Counted from the first letter of the stretch, positions 26,840 through 38,098 are shown. The stretch: 64,000 bases of DNA from Hormoscilla sp. (GCA_051439505.1 JBFRWI010000148.1:1-64000), one strand, 5' to 3'. Program-made: numbers and translations. Notes: generated from the letters alone by a model not told the origin.

Positions 26840-27579
26840 TGGCATCTATCTATCTATACGGTATTTTTCCACCTCCTGGTCCAGTTGACTTAGAGTTACA
26901 AGGGTTAGATAAACAACCGGTACAGAGTCAGTCGGTGGATGGGTTTGTTTTTCTGTACTCGGAAGCATTAAAAGAGAAGTATTTAGCGAGTCGCCGCAAT
27001 TTGCTGGGTCATGAAAAGGTGTTAGAGTCGGCGATGCAGGCGGGTTATCGGACCCTTTTACCTTTGCAGTTCGGACTGGTTGTCGAAGATTGGGAAATGG
27101 TGAGTCAACAGTTGACAAAAACTCAAGGTGAAGGGTTACAACGACTGTTTGCTAAATTAGAGGGACGCCGGGAGGTGGGGATTAAAATTTTCTGGGATCC
27201 TGATGCTGAGTTGCAAATGCTGTTGGCAGAAAATCAGGATTTGAGGGCGAAACGGGATAGTCTTTCCGGAAAGGTGATTAGCGTGGATGAGACGATCGCG
27301 ATCGGGCAAACCCTGGAAAGAGAAATGCGATGGCGACAGGAGGGCATCATCGAGGTATTTGAAGGGACATTAAATCCCTTAGCAGTAGAGGTGGTCGAAA
27401 ATGATACGTTAATGGAGAAAATGATTTATAATGCTGCCTATCTAATTCCTTGGGATGATGAGGAGAACTTCTCAGAGGAAGTGGAAGTCTTAGACCAGAA
27501 GTTTGACGGGCGCTTGCGCATCCGCTATAATAATTATACGGCTCCTTTTAACTTTGCCCAACTAGAAAAACGAGAATAA
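26839..27579 (+). CDS. gvpF: Gas vesicle protein GvpF (GvpL/F family)
   Basis: YLYGIFP...YLASRRNLLGHEKVLE...LLPLQFG...RIRYNNYTAPFNF. Confidence 0.92.
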   Translation: MASIYLYGIFPPPGPVDLELQGLDKQPVQSQSVDGFVFLYSEALKEKYLASRRNLLGHEKVLESAMQAGYRTLLPLQFGLVVEDWEMVSQQLTKTQGEGLQRLFAKLEGRREVGIKIFWDPDAELQMLLAENQDLRAKRDSLSGKVISVDETIAIGQTLEREMRWRQEGIIEVFEGTLNPLAVEVVENDTLMEKMIYNAAYLIPWDDEENFSEEVEVLDQKFDGRLRIRYNNYTAPFNFAQLEKRE

Positions 27580-27583
27580 TAAT

Positions 27584-27829
27584 ATGCTTTTACGTTTACT
27601 GACTTTACCGCTGATGGGCCCGATCGAGGGCGTTACGTGGATTGGAGAGCAAATCCTGGAACGTGCGAATGCGGAATTGGATGATAAAGGAAATTTACAT
27701 AAGCGACTGTTAGCACTGCAGCTAGCTTTTGACATGGGGGAAATATCTGAGGAGGATTTTGAAGAGCAAGAGGAAGAGTTGTTGCTGGCAATTCAAGAAA
27801 TGGAAGATAGCGAAACAGATAATGATTAA
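27584..27829 (+). CDS. gvpG: Gas vesicle protein GvpG
   Basis: GP..GV.WIGEQI.ERA...LQLAFDMGEISEEDFE..EEELL. Confidence 0.93.
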   Translation: MLLRLLTLPLMGPIEGVTWIGEQILERANAELDDKGNLHKRLLALQLAFDMGEISEEDFEEQEEELLLAIQEMEDSETDND

Positions 27830-27892
27830 AGGACTAAAGTCCTTACTACGAACGGGGAAGGACTAAAGTCCTTACTACGAACGGGGAAGGAC
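27829..27892. repeat. Two tandem 29-bp REP-like units between convergent genes
   Basis: AAGGACTAAAGTCCTTACTACGAACGGGG x2; related units at 33655-33745. Confidence 0.8.
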
Positions 27893-27900
27893 AGGATAAT

Positions 27901-28263
27901 TTAATATTCCAGCAGGAATGCCTGAAACTGATCTGACTGAGACTCTTGGGGTTTAGGAGTCGGTTTCCTCTGTATTCTCTGAACTCGATCTCCGCGAGAG
28001 GTCGCCGCCGTTTGTGGATTCACTTGCGAGTTTTCAAGTTCAAATTTAGTGCTGTTGATAATCTCACGCATCTCGTGCTCCAGGATGAAGATGCGCTGGT
28101 GAATCTGTTCGCGGCGTAAGTCGAGGTTGTCCAGTTCTTGTTCGAGGCGTCTCTTTTCCAGCGTTATCTGATACATGCGGAGATAGTCCGATACCTCCGA
28201 ATTATTACGGGGTAGGCTGCTAATTTTGGGGGTAATTTTCCGGCGGGAGGGTCGTCGTTGCAT
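27901..28263 (-). CDS. gvpV: Gas vesicle accessory protein, GvpV-like
   Basis: ITPKISSLPRNNSEVSDYL.MYQ...EKRRLEQEL and C-terminal F.LEY; convergent with gvpG. Confidence 0.7.
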   Translation of the reverse strand: MQRRPSRRKITPKISSLPRNNSEVSDYLRMYQITLEKRRLEQELDNLDLRREQIHQRIFILEHEMREIINSTKFELENSQVNPQTAATSRGDRVQRIQRKPTPKPQESQSDQFQAFLLEY

Positions 28264-28419
28264 AATAGATGAGATCGGATATAGTTTATGGTATTATATC
28301 ATGTCAGGCCCAGGTGGCGATCGCTCTCTCGAAAAAAATGGTCAAAAGTCAACAGATATCCCCCTTCCCGGCATTTACACTAGCAGGAGAATGGGTTAAG
28401 CTATCAAAGCACTCGCAAA

Positions 28420-28510
28420 TTGTGGCAGACTAGGGAAACACCGGTGCAAGTCCGGGGCTGTGCGGCAACTGTAAAGGAAAAATCCTCAGCCAGAATACCT
28501 AGCTGTTACT
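28420..28510 (+). ncRNA. Cobalamin riboswitch (short variant)
   Basis: GGGAA..CCGGTGCAAGTCCGG..CTGT....CAACTGTAA...AGCCAG...ACC core directly upstream of cbiX. Confidence 0.85.
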
Positions 28511-28537
28511 TGTAAACTTCCTGCCTCGCACGGGAAA

Positions 28538-29572
28538 ATGGTATTAATGCAACAACTCACAACTCAAAATAACCCAAAACCGCTTCTAGAATTACCGCCA
28601 CTACCGCTGCAACGCCCGCTGTTGGCGATCGGGCACGGAACGCGGGACGGGCAGGGGCGTCAGACGTTTATCGATTTTGCCGAAGCATATCACGCCCTTG
28701 ACCCATCCAGACCTGTGATACCATGTTTTCTGGAACTGACGGAACCGACGATCCAAGAGGGGGTCGATCGCTGCGTGGAATTGGGTTATACCGAAATTTC
28801 CGCTTTACCCATTCTGCTGTTTGCGGCACGACACAATAAGTTTGATGTTACCAATGAATTAGACCGGGCGCGACAGCGTCATCCCCAGATAAAATTTCAC
28901 TACGGACGGCATTTTGGCATTACTCCTGGGATCCTGAAGTTGTGGGGCGATCGCCTTCTTGAGTTAGACGAACCACAATACCAACGTTCCGAGACCGTGT
29001 TACTATTTGTGGGTCGAGGTTCCAGCGACCCGGATGCCAACGGGGATGTATACAAACTGGCGCGGATGATTTGGGAAGGTAGCGGTTACCAAACGGTGGA
29101 AACCTGTTTTATCGGCATCACCCACCCCCGGTTAGAAGAAGGTTTTCGTCGGGCGAGATTATATCAGCCGAAAAGGATTATTGTGCTACCCTATTTCTTG
29201 TTTACGGGGGTGTTGGTGAAAAAGATTTTTGATATCACGGCCCAACAGCAAGAACTATATCCCGAAATTGCCCATGTTTGTCTGCCCGAAATGGGAGTTC
29301 ATCCCCAGTTACTCTCTGTTTTCAGGGAACGAGAGATTGAAACTCAACTGGGAGGAGTGCAGATGAACTGCGAGATGTGCAAATTTCGACTGGAGGCGAT
29401 CGGCGATCGTCCTTCTGACAGTCACTCTCACCTTCACGAACACGGACACCATCACCACAATCATAATCACAGTCACGACCACAGTCACGACCACGGTCAC
29501 GACCATGTGGTAGCTGCCGATCCCTATGCTAATTTAGATAGTTATCATCAGCGGATTTGGCAAGTCCCATAA
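28538..29572 (+). CDS. cbiX: Sirohydrochlorin cobaltochelatase, long form
   Basis: [30 protein letters not shown] Fe-S motif, His-rich tail. Confidence 0.93.
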   Translation: MVLMQQLTTQNNPKPLLELPPLPLQRPLLAIGHGTRDGQGRQTFIDFAEAYHALDPSRPVIPCFLELTEPTIQEGVDRCVELGYTEISALPILLFAARHNKFDVTNELDRARQRHPQIKFHYGRHFGITPGILKLWGDRLLELDEPQYQRSETVLLFVGRGSSDPDANGDVYKLARMIWEGSGYQTVETCFIGITHPRLEEGFRRARLYQPKRIIVLPYFLFTGVLVKKIFDITAQQQELYPEIAHVCLPEMGVHPQLLSVFREREIETQLGGVQMNCEMCKFRLEAIGDRPSDSHSHLHEHGHHHHNHNHSHDHSHDHGHDHVVAADPYANLDSYHQRIWQVP

Positions 29573-29597
29573 GCTATCATTTTACCGCATTATGCTA

Positions 29598-29664
29598 TTA
29601 GTCGGTTTTAACCGACTTTAGCTATTAGCCGGGGGTTTGAACCCCCGGCGGGATGACAGCGAAG
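29598..29664. repeat. Family C repeat
   Basis: AGTCGGTTTTAACCGACTTTAGCTATTAGCCGGGGGTTTGAACCCCCGG. Confidence 0.8.
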
Positions 29665-29714
29665 ATAGGATTTATATCATCTTACAATTAACAATTAGCA
29701 ATTCACAATTAGCA

Positions 29715-29969
29715 ATGTCCAAAGAATTGAAGGTAGGCGATCGGGTGCGCGTGATAGCGTTACCACCTTACGTGAAAACAGCGGAACCAATGCCCATGCT
29801 ACGCCCCCCCAATGTGATTAAACTGGGAGAAGAGGGCGTGGCGATCGATCGTTATCCGGGAGGCTATTGGGGCATTCACTTAGAATCGGGAAATTTCCTG
29901 CTGGATAGTCAGTATCTGGAGGTCGTGACAGCTACAGAAGAAACAGAAGAAGAGAAGGATAGAGTGTGA
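29715..29969 (+). CDS. sipA: SipA (DUF3148), NblS-interacting protein
   Basis: PPYVKTAEPMPMLRPP...GEEG...YW...G.FLLDSQYLE. Confidence 0.85.
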   Translation: MSKELKVGDRVRVIALPPYVKTAEPMPMLRPPNVIKLGEEGVAIDRYPGGYWGIHLESGNFLLDSQYLEVVTATEETEEEKDRV

Positions 29970-30038
29970 AGATGCGATCGGGCATCCTATCTTCACTGCT
30001 ATCTCTATATTAGCGCGCGGGCTCGCGCCCCCTCACAT

Positions 30039-31307
30039 CTAGCAAAAGTCTACCACTTCTGCCGGTCCCACCAAGGATATATAAGGGGCAGAAAAATACC
30101 GATTCGCCACTGCTTGGGCCGCTTCTGAAGTTACACTAGCAATATCTTCCTGAAACTGAACGTCAAATTCCACTCCTAACCCCATAGTTTCGTACCAACC
30201 GAGAACTTGGGCGATCTGGGAATTTGTCTGTTTCCCTAAAGCGTACTGTCCTAGCAGCTTGTTCTTGCAAGCTTGCAATTCTTCTGAAGTCAGTTCCACA
30301 TTCCGCAGGCGTTCCACTTCCGATTGTAAACTTGCTTTTGCCATCGCGGTATTTCTCGGTGCCGTGCCCATATAAACCACAAAATTAGCAGTTTCCTGGC
30401 GAGTGGGGTACAAGGCGGAGACATCGTAAGCTAATCCTCGCTTTTCCCGCAATTCTACAAATAAGCGGCTGGAAAGTCCATTCCCCAAGTAGGTATTCAG
30501 CAATTTCAGGTAGGCGTAGTCCTGGCTGTGAACTGAAGCCGCTAAATAGCCTATCATAATCACGGATTGTTGAGTTTCTTGGGCCGTAGCGATCTGGTGA
30601 GGTTCTCCAGTAATAGTAATCTGAGTGGCCTCCGGTATGGCCATGTCCGGTGCCTGCCAATCTCCAAAGACATCCTTTACTAGGGCGATCGCCTCATCTG
30701 GAGAGATCCGCCCTGAGATACTAATTACCATATTATCTGGGCGGAAGTAGGTAGAGTGAAACTCTTGCAGATCCTGGCGCGAAATGCCCGATACGCTTTC
30801 TTCAGTTCCCAGTGGCGATCTGCCATAGGGATGCTGCTGGTACATCGCTTCCCGCAGGGCCTTAAATGCCACAGCAAAGGGTTGTTCTTGCTGAGAACGA
30901 ATAGCTTGCATGGTGAGGCGTTTCTCCAGTTCCACTTGCGCTTCCGGAAAAGTAGGCGTCAGCAATATTTCCCCTACCAAGGCCAAAATCTCCGCAAAAT
31001 CTGCCGATACCGTCTTCATACTCACCAAGAAATAATCTGCTGCGGCATCTGCGCCCACACTCGCACCCACCGATTCTACCTTTTCGGCAATTTCCAGGGA
31101 AGATAGCTTATCCGTACCCTTAGTCAGGACTGAAGATACCAAATGTGCCAGTCCTGCTTTTTGTTCCCGGCGACTCCCCGATCGCATAAAAATCCGACTA
31201 GCAATGATATCAGCGGCTGGGTTTTCCACTACTAATATTACTATGCCATTTTCCAGAACTGTACGATGAGTTTGGTAGCTTTGACGCGGCTTCACATTTA
31301 ATTTCAC
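30039..31307 (-). CDS. M16 peptidase, non-catalytic subunit
   Basis: GLAHL without HxxEH, HPYG, SSRLFVELREKRGLAY. Confidence 0.9.
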   Translation of the reverse strand: MKLNVKPRQSYQTHRTVLENGIVILVVENPAADIIASRIFMRSGSRREQKAGLAHLVSSVLTKGTDKLSSLEIAEKVESVGASVGADAAADYFLVSMKTVSADFAEILALVGEILLTPTFPEAQVELEKRLTMQAIRSQQEQPFAVAFKALREAMYQQHPYGRSPLGTEESVSGISRQDLQEFHSTYFRPDNMVISISGRISPDEAIALVKDVFGDWQAPDMAIPEATQITITGEPHQIATAQETQQSVIMIGYLAASVHSQDYAYLKLLNTYLGNGLSSRLFVELREKRGLAYDVSALYPTRQETANFVVYMGTAPRNTAMAKASLQSEVERLRNVELTSEELQACKNKLLGQYALGKQTNSQIAQVLGWYETMGLGVEFDVQFQEDIASVTSEAAQAVANRYFSAPYISLVGPAEVVDFC

Positions 31308-31394
31308 ACAATCTTCCTTAATACTTTATCCTTTGTCAGTTTTTATCCTATTTGTCAAAAATGTTGCTACAATTCGTAGCCTGTACTTTTCTGA

Positions 31395-31461
31395 CTTCGC
31401 TGTCAGCCCGCCGTGGGTTCAAACCCACGGCTAATAGCTAAAGTCGGTTTTAACCGACTAA
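31395..31461. repeat. Family C repeat, covariant copy
   Basis: CCGTGGGTTCAAACCCACGG-CTAATAGCTAAAGTCGGTTTTAACCGACT. Confidence 0.8.
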
Positions 31462-31516
31462 TAGGATAATAATACGATAATTTTACACTAATTGTAACAT
31501 TTTTTTTACAATGGTA

Positions 31517-31610
31517 TTAGTTGTTAGTTGTTAGTTGTTAGTTTGCCACTGACTACTGACCGTTGACTACTGACTACTCACCACTCACCACTTACTACTG
31601 ACCACTGACA
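31517..31610. repeat. Heptamer short tandem repeats (STRR-like)
   Basis: (TTAGTTG)n then (ACTGACT/C)n. Confidence 0.7.
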
Positions 31611-31621
31611 TATTAGTAATC

Positions 31622-32896
31622 TTACCACAGCGGTCTGAGGGTAGTGACCGCATATTTGTCAACCGAGAGATATGAGTTCGCCAAACGCTGTAAATCTTCT
31701 GCTTGCAATGCTTGGATACTTGCGGGATAGGTGACTGATTGTTCGGCGGAGGCAATAGTGTTGTAGTATCCATAAAGACCAGCCAATTGTCCGGGTGTTT
31801 CCGTAGAAAAGGCATAGTCATTGCACAGTTGCCTCTTGCAGCGAGATATTTCCCACTCTGATACTGGTGTATTTTGTAACTCTCCAATCGCTTCGCAAAT
31901 CAGTTTTTCTACATATACCAGATATTGCGGTTCTAACCAAGCGGTAATCGTAAAGAGACTGGAGTCCCGTTGCAGGGAAAAGTCACTTAATATTTCTTGT
32001 ACCAATTCCGACTCTTCCCGCAATTGGCGCACTAACCGGGAAGACCGACCCGCCGCTAACAGCACCGACAACAAGTCTAAACCGTGGGCATTTGACAATT
32101 TTTCTACTCCCGGTCCCGCCCAGGCCATCATCAGACGGGCCTGTTCCAACCGGGGCAAACTCAGGGACCGACGTTCAATTTGGGCGATCGCAGGTGCTGA
32201 TGATGCTAATCTGTAGAGGCGGTCTGCCATTGGACACTGCGATCGGGGACGAAATCCGTGGAAATTTTGCCTGACCAATTCTTTGGCCTTTTTCTGAGAT
32301 ATGCCACCGACCACCACTACAGTCATATTTTCCGGTTGATAATAGCACTGGTGGAAACGGTGCATCTGTGCGGGAGTCTGTTGCATCAACTGCACCTGGG
32401 TTCCCAGCACCGATCTACCATAGGGATGCTGTGGATAGACCGTCTCCATCAAAGCTTGGAAACCCAACCAGTCGGGGTCGTCTTCTGATTGGCGAATTTC
32501 TTCCATCACCACTTCTCGTTCTCGGACAAACTCGTCGTCCGGGATAGCAGGATGCAGCAGCAACTCCGCCAGATAGGGGAGAGTTGCTTCTAAGTGCTCT
32601 ACCGCAGTGATAATAAAATAATGGGCAAAGTCATGGCTAGTCACGGCATTGCTAACTCCTCCCTGATTTTCGATCGCCTGATCGAACATGCCCGGCCCCA
32701 CGCGATCGGTGCCCTTAAATATCATATGTTCTAGGAAGTGAGCCATTCCCGGGGCATCGATCGGGTCTACTGCAGCACCTGCCCGTACCCATACATCTAC
32801 CACAGCAACTGGAGTTGCTGGAATTTCTTGATGAATAACAGTTAAGCCGTTGTCCAGCTGGCAAACATCCGCTGGCAATTTGGAAATATCAAGCAA
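31622..32896 (-). CDS. M16 zinc peptidase, catalytic subunit
   Basis: GMAHFLEHMIFKGT (HxxEH), EREVVMEEI. Confidence 0.92.
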   Translation of the reverse strand: MLDISKLPADVCQLDNGLTVIHQEIPATPVAVVDVWVRAGAAVDPIDAPGMAHFLEHMIFKGTDRVGPGMFDQAIENQGGVSNAVTSHDFAHYFIITAVEHLEATLPYLAELLLHPAIPDDEFVREREVVMEEIRQSEDDPDWLGFQALMETVYPQHPYGRSVLGTQVQLMQQTPAQMHRFHQCYYQPENMTVVVVGGISQKKAKELVRQNFHGFRPRSQCPMADRLYRLASSAPAIAQIERRSLSLPRLEQARLMMAWAGPGVEKLSNAHGLDLLSVLLAAGRSSRLVRQLREESELVQEILSDFSLQRDSSLFTITAWLEPQYLVYVEKLICEAIGELQNTPVSEWEISRCKRQLCNDYAFSTETPGQLAGLYGYYNTIASAEQSVTYPASIQALQAEDLQRLANSYLSVDKYAVTTLRPLW

Positions 32897-33280
32897 TTGA
32901 GATAATTTTTGACATAGCTAGTGATGATGTCGCTCATTCTAGCCTCACATCTCCAGCCAATTTGCAACATCTAATACAGTTTGTTCCTATTTGGGGGACT
33001 CGCGCCGAAATCGAGTACCAGTTATACAGTAGACCTCTTACATGCCACTCTGCGGCGAGGTATAATCAATTCAATTCAAAATTCTCTCATTCAAAATTCT
33101 TGCATTGGGAAAGTCCTGCCAGAACTTGGACTTGAGCGGATCTGCCTGCCGCAATTTGAATGCACGACAGTATAATCACGCTCGCTCCGGTCACAAGTAA
33201 TGTTAATGTATCCTTTACACGATTTGTGACCCACTACTGGAGTCGTAGAGAGTTTATCTGAATTCCACGAGCGTTGATTT

Positions 33281-33597
33281 GGACAAGACTTGCATTTGTC
33301 TGAGTTAGACAAACGTCTATAAGGGGCCAAACCTACGTCGTTCTTGGTTAGACGAATGTTGATAAGGGCCAAACCTACGTTGATATTGGTCAAAAAACGT
33401 CTATTTTGGTTAGACGAATGTCTATCTTGGCCAAATCTACGTCGTTCTTGGTTAGACGAATGCTGATAATGGCCAAACCTACGTCGATAAGGGCCAAACC
33501 TACGTCGTTCTTGGTTAGACGAATGCTGATAATGGCCAAACCTACGTCGATAATGGCCAAACCTACGTCGAGCAGGAGCCAAACCTACGTTAAAATC
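33281..33597. repeat. Intergenic 21-bp tandem array with two unit types
   Basis: A units GGCCAAACCTACGTCG(ATAAT/TTCTT), B units GGTTAGACGAATG(C/T)TGATAA; about 14-15 units. Confidence 0.9.
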
Positions 33598-33747
33598 GGC
33601 ATATCAAGTTTGTAGAAGCTGCACTGCATGGTACATTATTAAACCGCAAGTCCCTAAGGACTTTAGTCCTTCCCCCGTTCGATCGTGGCGGACTTTAGTC
33701 CTTCCCTCCCTCGCGGTTGAGGACTAAAGTCCTCACTACAAACGGTT

Positions 33748-34698
33748 TTATCCCAGGGCCTCCGCACCACCCACAACTTCCAGAATTTCTTGGGTAATTG
33801 CTGCTTGTCGCGCTTTGTTGTAAGACAGAGTCAGGCTTTTGATCAACTCACTGGCGTTATCGCTGGCATTGTTCATCGCCGTCATCCGCGCCGCTAACTC
33901 ACTCGCCGCTGCTTCTTGGAGCGATCGCAACAACTGGTTATTCAGGTAGAGTGGCAAAAGAGCTTGCAGAATTTGTACCGGGTCCTGCTCGAATATCATC
34001 TCAGTGGGCAAACTATCGGGAGTAGCACGGGTAACCTTCTCCCGCGTCACCTTAAAATCACCGCCACTGGTCGTGAGTCGGAAGATTTCATCATCTTGAG
34101 CTTCCAAACCTTGTGGGTCCAGGGGCATTAATGTTTGTACTACCGGTCGCGAGCTAATCAAAGACACAAATTTGCTATAGATTAACTCCACCTTGTCCAC
34201 TGTTTCTGAGAGGAACAATGATAGCAGTTCGTCAGCGATCGCCGTTGCTTCCGCTGATGTCGGGATCTGTTCTAGACCGTTGTAAGTTGCATCGATCGGT
34301 TGATTCCGCCGTTGGAAATATTGAATCGCTTTGCGACCTACCAGGACATATTTATAATCTAGACCTTCTGCCTTAAGTTCCTTGGCCCGATTTTCTGCCC
34401 GCTTGATCACGTTATTATTGTATGCTCCGCACAAGCCCCGATCGCCCGACACCACCAGCAGTCCCACTGTTTTCACTTCTCGCTTTTTCAGCAGGGGTAG
34501 GTCCACATCTTCAAACTTCAGGCGACCCTGAAGCCGATACAGCACCTGGGCCAACCTGTCTGCAAATGGGCGAGTTGCTATTACCTGTTCCTGGGCCCTA
34601 CGCACCTTTGCTGCTGCGACCAAGCGCATCGCTTCCGTGATTTTTTTCGTGTTCTTTACCGAACCGATTCTGTCCCTAATTGCTTTAAGATTTGCCAT
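33748..34698 (-). CDS. atpG: ATP synthase gamma subunit (cyanobacterial atpC)
   Basis: [32 protein letters not shown]. Confidence 0.98.
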   Translation of the reverse strand: MANLKAIRDRIGSVKNTKKITEAMRLVAAAKVRRAQEQVIATRPFADRLAQVLYRLQGRLKFEDVDLPLLKKREVKTVGLLVVSGDRGLCGAYNNNVIKRAENRAKELKAEGLDYKYVLVGRKAIQYFQRRNQPIDATYNGLEQIPTSAEATAIADELLSLFLSETVDKVELIYSKFVSLISSRPVVQTLMPLDPQGLEAQDDEIFRLTTSGGDFKVTREKVTRATPDSLPTEMIFEQDPVQILQALLPLYLNNQLLRSLQEAAASELAARMTAMNNASDNASELIKSLTLSYNKARQAAITQEILEVVGGAEALG

Positions 34699-34716
34699 AT
34701 TTCCTACTCGATCCTT

Positions 34717-34947
34717 GCTAATTGCTAATTGCTAATCGCTAATTGCTAATTGCTAATTGCTAATCTATTCCACAATTCCCTGTCCGCTGGGCACTGCCCA
34801 CCTTACTTGCCCGATCGCGCGATCGCCACTGACCACTTACAACTGACCACTTACAACCTGGTGGGCGGTGCCCACCCTACCCAGCAACTGGTGGGCGGTG
34901 CCCACCCTACCCAGCACCTGGTGGGCGGTGCCCACCCTACCCAGCAA
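34717..34947. repeat. (GCTAATT)n heptamers and three 30-bp REP units inside the atp operon
   Basis: CTGGTGGGCGGTGCCCACCCTACCCAGCA(A/C) x3 at 34858-34947. Confidence 0.85.
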
Positions 34948-34957
34948 CAACTTCCAA

Positions 34958-36475
34958 TTAAGCTGATACCAAGAACGTCTTCTTGTATTCCCCGATCGCT
35001 TCCTTCAATATTCCTTCAGCTTCATCTGTCAGCTTCTTATCTGAAGCGATAATTTCGGCAAACTTCGGCTTGTTATTTGTCAGATAAGAACGCAGTCCCT
35101 GGGCAAAACCGACTACTTTTTCTGTCGCGATATCATCCAGATAGCCATTCAGACCCGCATAGACGATCGCCACCTGTTCGTACACGTTTAGCGGTGAATT
35201 TTGCGGCTGTTTCAGCAGTTCCTGCAACCGTTCACCCCGCGACAGTTGGTCCTGAGTCGCTTTATCCAAATCCGAGGCAAACTGAGCAAATGCCCGCAAA
35301 TCGTTGTACTGCGCCAACTCCAGCTTCAACTTCCCTGCCACCTGTTTCATGGCTTTTATTTGTGCCGCCGATCCTACCCGCGACACCGAAATCCCGGCGT
35401 TAATTGCCGGTCGCTGACCCGAGTTGAACATGTCAGATGACAGGAATATTTGTCCATCCGTAATCGAAATCACATTCGTAGGAATATAGGCCGACACGTC
35501 ACCCGCCTGAGTTTCAATAATTGGCAGTGCTGTCATGCTACCGCCACCCAGTTGGTCATTCAGTTTCGCCGCCCGTTCTAGCAAGCGCGAGTGGATATAG
35601 AACACATCTCCCGGATAAGCTTCCCGACCTGGGGGACGCCGCAGCAGCAGTGACATCTGGCGATAGGCTTGGGCTTGCTTGGAGAGGTCATCGTAGATTA
35701 CCAGGGTCGCCTTGCCATTGTACATGAAATATTCCGCTAAGGTCGCCCCCGTGTAAGGTGCCAGGTATTGCAGCGTCGCTGGATCGCTAGCATTGGCCGC
35801 CACCACGATCGTGTAGTCCATTGCCCCTTTTGCCTCCAGGGTTGCCACTACCTGGGCCACCGTGGACGCCTTTTGCCCGATCGCCACGTATACACAGATC
35901 ACATCTTCTTCTTTTTGATTGATGATCGTGTCGATCGCCACCGTTGTTTTGCCTGTTTGTCTGTCACCAATGATCAGTTCCCGCTGACCCCGTCCGATGG
36001 GAATCATCGCGTCTATAGCAGTGATTCCCGTTTGCATCGGTTCGTAAACTGACCGACGGGCCACAATCCCCGGTGCTGGCGATTCTAGCAGGCGGCTTTC
36101 TGTGGTGTTGATTTCTCCTTTCCCATCTATTGGTTCTCCCAAGGAGTTCACCACCCGCCCCAGCATCGCGTCTCCCACTGGTACCTGAGCAATTTTGCCT
36201 GTAGAAGTCACCGCACTGCCTTCTTGGATTTGGCGTCCTTCACCCATCAGCACCGCACCCACATTATCCTCTTCCAGGTTCAGGGCGATGCCTACTGTGC
36301 CATCTTCAAACTCTAACAATTCCGCCGCCATTGCCTTTTCCAGACCATATATCCGGGCAATGCCGTCACCTACTTGCAACACTGTACCCACATTTTGGGC
36401 TTTTACCTCTTGATCGTACTGCTCGATTTGTTGCCGAATGATGCTGCTGATTTCGTCAGGTCTGATTGCTACCAT
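34958..36475 (-). CDS. atpA: ATP synthase alpha subunit
   Basis: [23 protein letters not shown]. Confidence 0.99.
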   Translation of the reverse strand: MVAIRPDEISSIIRQQIEQYDQEVKAQNVGTVLQVGDGIARIYGLEKAMAAELLEFEDGTVGIALNLEEDNVGAVLMGEGRQIQEGSAVTSTGKIAQVPVGDAMLGRVVNSLGEPIDGKGEINTTESRLLESPAPGIVARRSVYEPMQTGITAIDAMIPIGRGQRELIIGDRQTGKTTVAIDTIINQKEEDVICVYVAIGQKASTVAQVVATLEAKGAMDYTIVVAANASDPATLQYLAPYTGATLAEYFMYNGKATLVIYDDLSKQAQAYRQMSLLLRRPPGREAYPGDVFYIHSRLLERAAKLNDQLGGGSMTALPIIETQAGDVSAYIPTNVISITDGQIFLSSDMFNSGQRPAINAGISVSRVGSAAQIKAMKQVAGKLKLELAQYNDLRAFAQFASDLDKATQDQLSRGERLQELLKQPQNSPLNVYEQVAIVYAGLNGYLDDIATEKVVGFAQGLRSYLTNNKPKFAEIIASDKKLTDEAEGILKEAIGEYKKTFLVSA

Positions 36476-36539
36476 TTCTTTTCTCTGTTTTCAATCGTCA
36501 ATTTGCTTGCTGTTTCCGTTATTTTCTTCTGGGCCGCGA

Positions 36540-37097
36540 TCAACTTGCCGCATTCAGGGATATGCCGATTCTTCGCAGTTGTCCCCGCAGACTGGCATCT
36601 ATCACCTGAGACCCTACTTTTATAATCACGCCCCCGATTATTTCTGGATCGATTTTGCTTTCCAGTTCTACTGCAGCAGCAGATGTCATCCCCTTTACCC
36701 GATCGATCACTGCTTGTTTTTGCTCTTCTGTCAGTTCCACTGTCGAGGTCACTTCTGCCAACACCGTTTGGTTTAGCTTCCGCAATATTGCCTGGTACTG
36801 TTTGCAAATACCTTCTAGGAACTGGATCCGACGCCTGTCTACCAGCAGCATTAAAAAGTTGATCGTATAGGGGTGCATCCGATCGCCTCCCACCTGCCGC
36901 AGCACTCCTTTCTTTACCTCTGCTTTAATCAGGGGATTAGCTATCAACTGACTGAACTCTGGAGAACTTGACAGCATCTCCAGTATATCCCGCAGGTCCT
37001 CTCCCAATCTGTCTGTCAAGTTTTGCCCTTGCGCTAGGGACATCAATCCCTCTGCATAAGGCTCCACTATTTCTCCGATCACCATCCCGCCTTTCAT
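36540..37097 (-). CDS. atpH: ATP synthase delta subunit (cyanobacterial atpD)
   Basis: PYAE.L...IIGGVIIKVGSQVIDASLRGQL; operon position. Confidence 0.95.
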   Translation of the reverse strand: MKGGMVIGEIVEPYAEGLMSLAQGQNLTDRLGEDLRDILEMLSSSPEFSQLIANPLIKAEVKKGVLRQVGGDRMHPYTINFLMLLVDRRRIQFLEGICKQYQAILRKLNQTVLAEVTSTVELTEEQKQAVIDRVKGMTSAAAVELESKIDPEIIGGVIIKVGSQVIDASLRGQLRRIGISLNAAS

Positions 37098-37099
37098 CA

Positions 37100-37627
37100 C
37101 TAACCTCCCAGCATTGAGATGCTACGGTCAATCAACTGTTGTTGAGCGCCAGCGTCTACCGATTCTTTTATTCTCGATTCTGCCCGTGACAGCGCCATTT
37201 CTACTACTCGACGCCGCAGTTGGGCGATCGCCTGTTCTCTTTCCCTATTCAAATCCTGCGCTGCCTCTTCTCGCAAGCGTTCTATCGCCAAGGACGACTT
37301 CGCCATGATTGCTTCTTTGGCCGATACCGCTCTTGCTTCCGCCTCTTTTTTGATCCTTTCTGCCTCCGTTTGGGCCGCCGCCAACTTTTGCTGCTGGTCT
37401 GCTAGGGCCGACGCTGCCTCTTTCTGTCTGGTTTCTACTTCTTTGAGCGCCTGGCTTATATCTCCGCTGCGTTTAGAGAGTGTTTCCCCCAACACCTTAC
37501 TGCCAAAGTAGAACAGAACCCCAATCACAATTGCCAGGTTAATCAGGTTAGTTTCTAAAATGTTAAAATTAAATCCGAAACCACCTTCATGACTAGCTTC
37601 TGTGGCTAGCAATATCACCGTCTCCAT
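37100..37627 (-). CDS. atpF: ATP synthase subunit b
   Basis: [16 protein letters not shown], coiled coil. Confidence 0.95.
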   Translation of the reverse strand: METVILLATEASHEGGFGFNFNILETNLINLAIVIGVLFYFGSKVLGETLSKRSGDISQALKEVETRQKEAASALADQQQKLAAAQTEAERIKKEAEARAVSAKEAIMAKSSLAIERLREEAAQDLNREREQAIAQLRRRVVEMALSRAESRIKESVDAGAQQQLIDRSISMLGG

Positions 37628-37666
37628 TTTCGTTTCCTATCCCATAAACATCCTACCTTGAGCCTA

Positions 37667-38098
37667 CTATCTTACCAGTTCTGGTCCTAATAGCTTTTCG
37701 AGAATTTGGCGACTGAGGTCATCCACCTGTTGTTCTAGCTGTTGCATTGCTTCAAGCTTTTGCTGTTCTATTTCTTTGGCCGCCTCTTCCCGCCTTGCTT
37801 GAGCTTCTTTGAGAGCCTCTGCTATTTGACCTGATGTTATTTTCTGGGCTTCTGCCTGCGCTGCTGCCAATATTTCTTGAGACTGTCTAATGCTGCTCGC
37901 GAGCGCTTTTTCATATTGCTGAGCCAGTTCTTCCGCCTTCGCCAACTTTTCTTTCGCTCCGAGTTCATTTTTGCGAATGTACTCCGAGCGTTCTTCTATT
38001 GCCTTAGTCAGCGGCTTGTAAAAAATGGCGTTTAATACTACTGCCAGGAGCAAAAACTGTAACGCCATCACTGGCAGGGTTGCATCTATATCAAACAT
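37667..38098 (-). CDS. atpF2: ATP synthase subunit b' (cyanobacterial atpG)
   Basis: [27 protein letters not shown]. Confidence 0.95.
   Translation of the reverse strand: MFDIDATLPVMALQFLLLAVVLNAIFYKPLTKAIEERSEYIRKNELGAKEKLAKAEELAQQYEKALASSIRQSQEILAAAQAEAQKITSGQIAEALKEAQARREEAAKEIEQQKLEAMQQLEQQVDDLSRQILEKLLGPELVR

Noticed and set aside
31491..31512. NtcA-like site
   Set aside because: GTA-TAC spacing is 10 bp, not 8
33281..33597. Possible CRISPR array, or the 163-aa Arg-rich ORF 33091-33582
   Set aside because: No unique spacers and no cas genes; the ORF changes repeat frame midway and runs into a dispersed repeat
34858..34947. Possible mini-CRISPR
   Set aside because: Units are contiguous 30-mers with near-identical short linkers, i.e. 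REP-like
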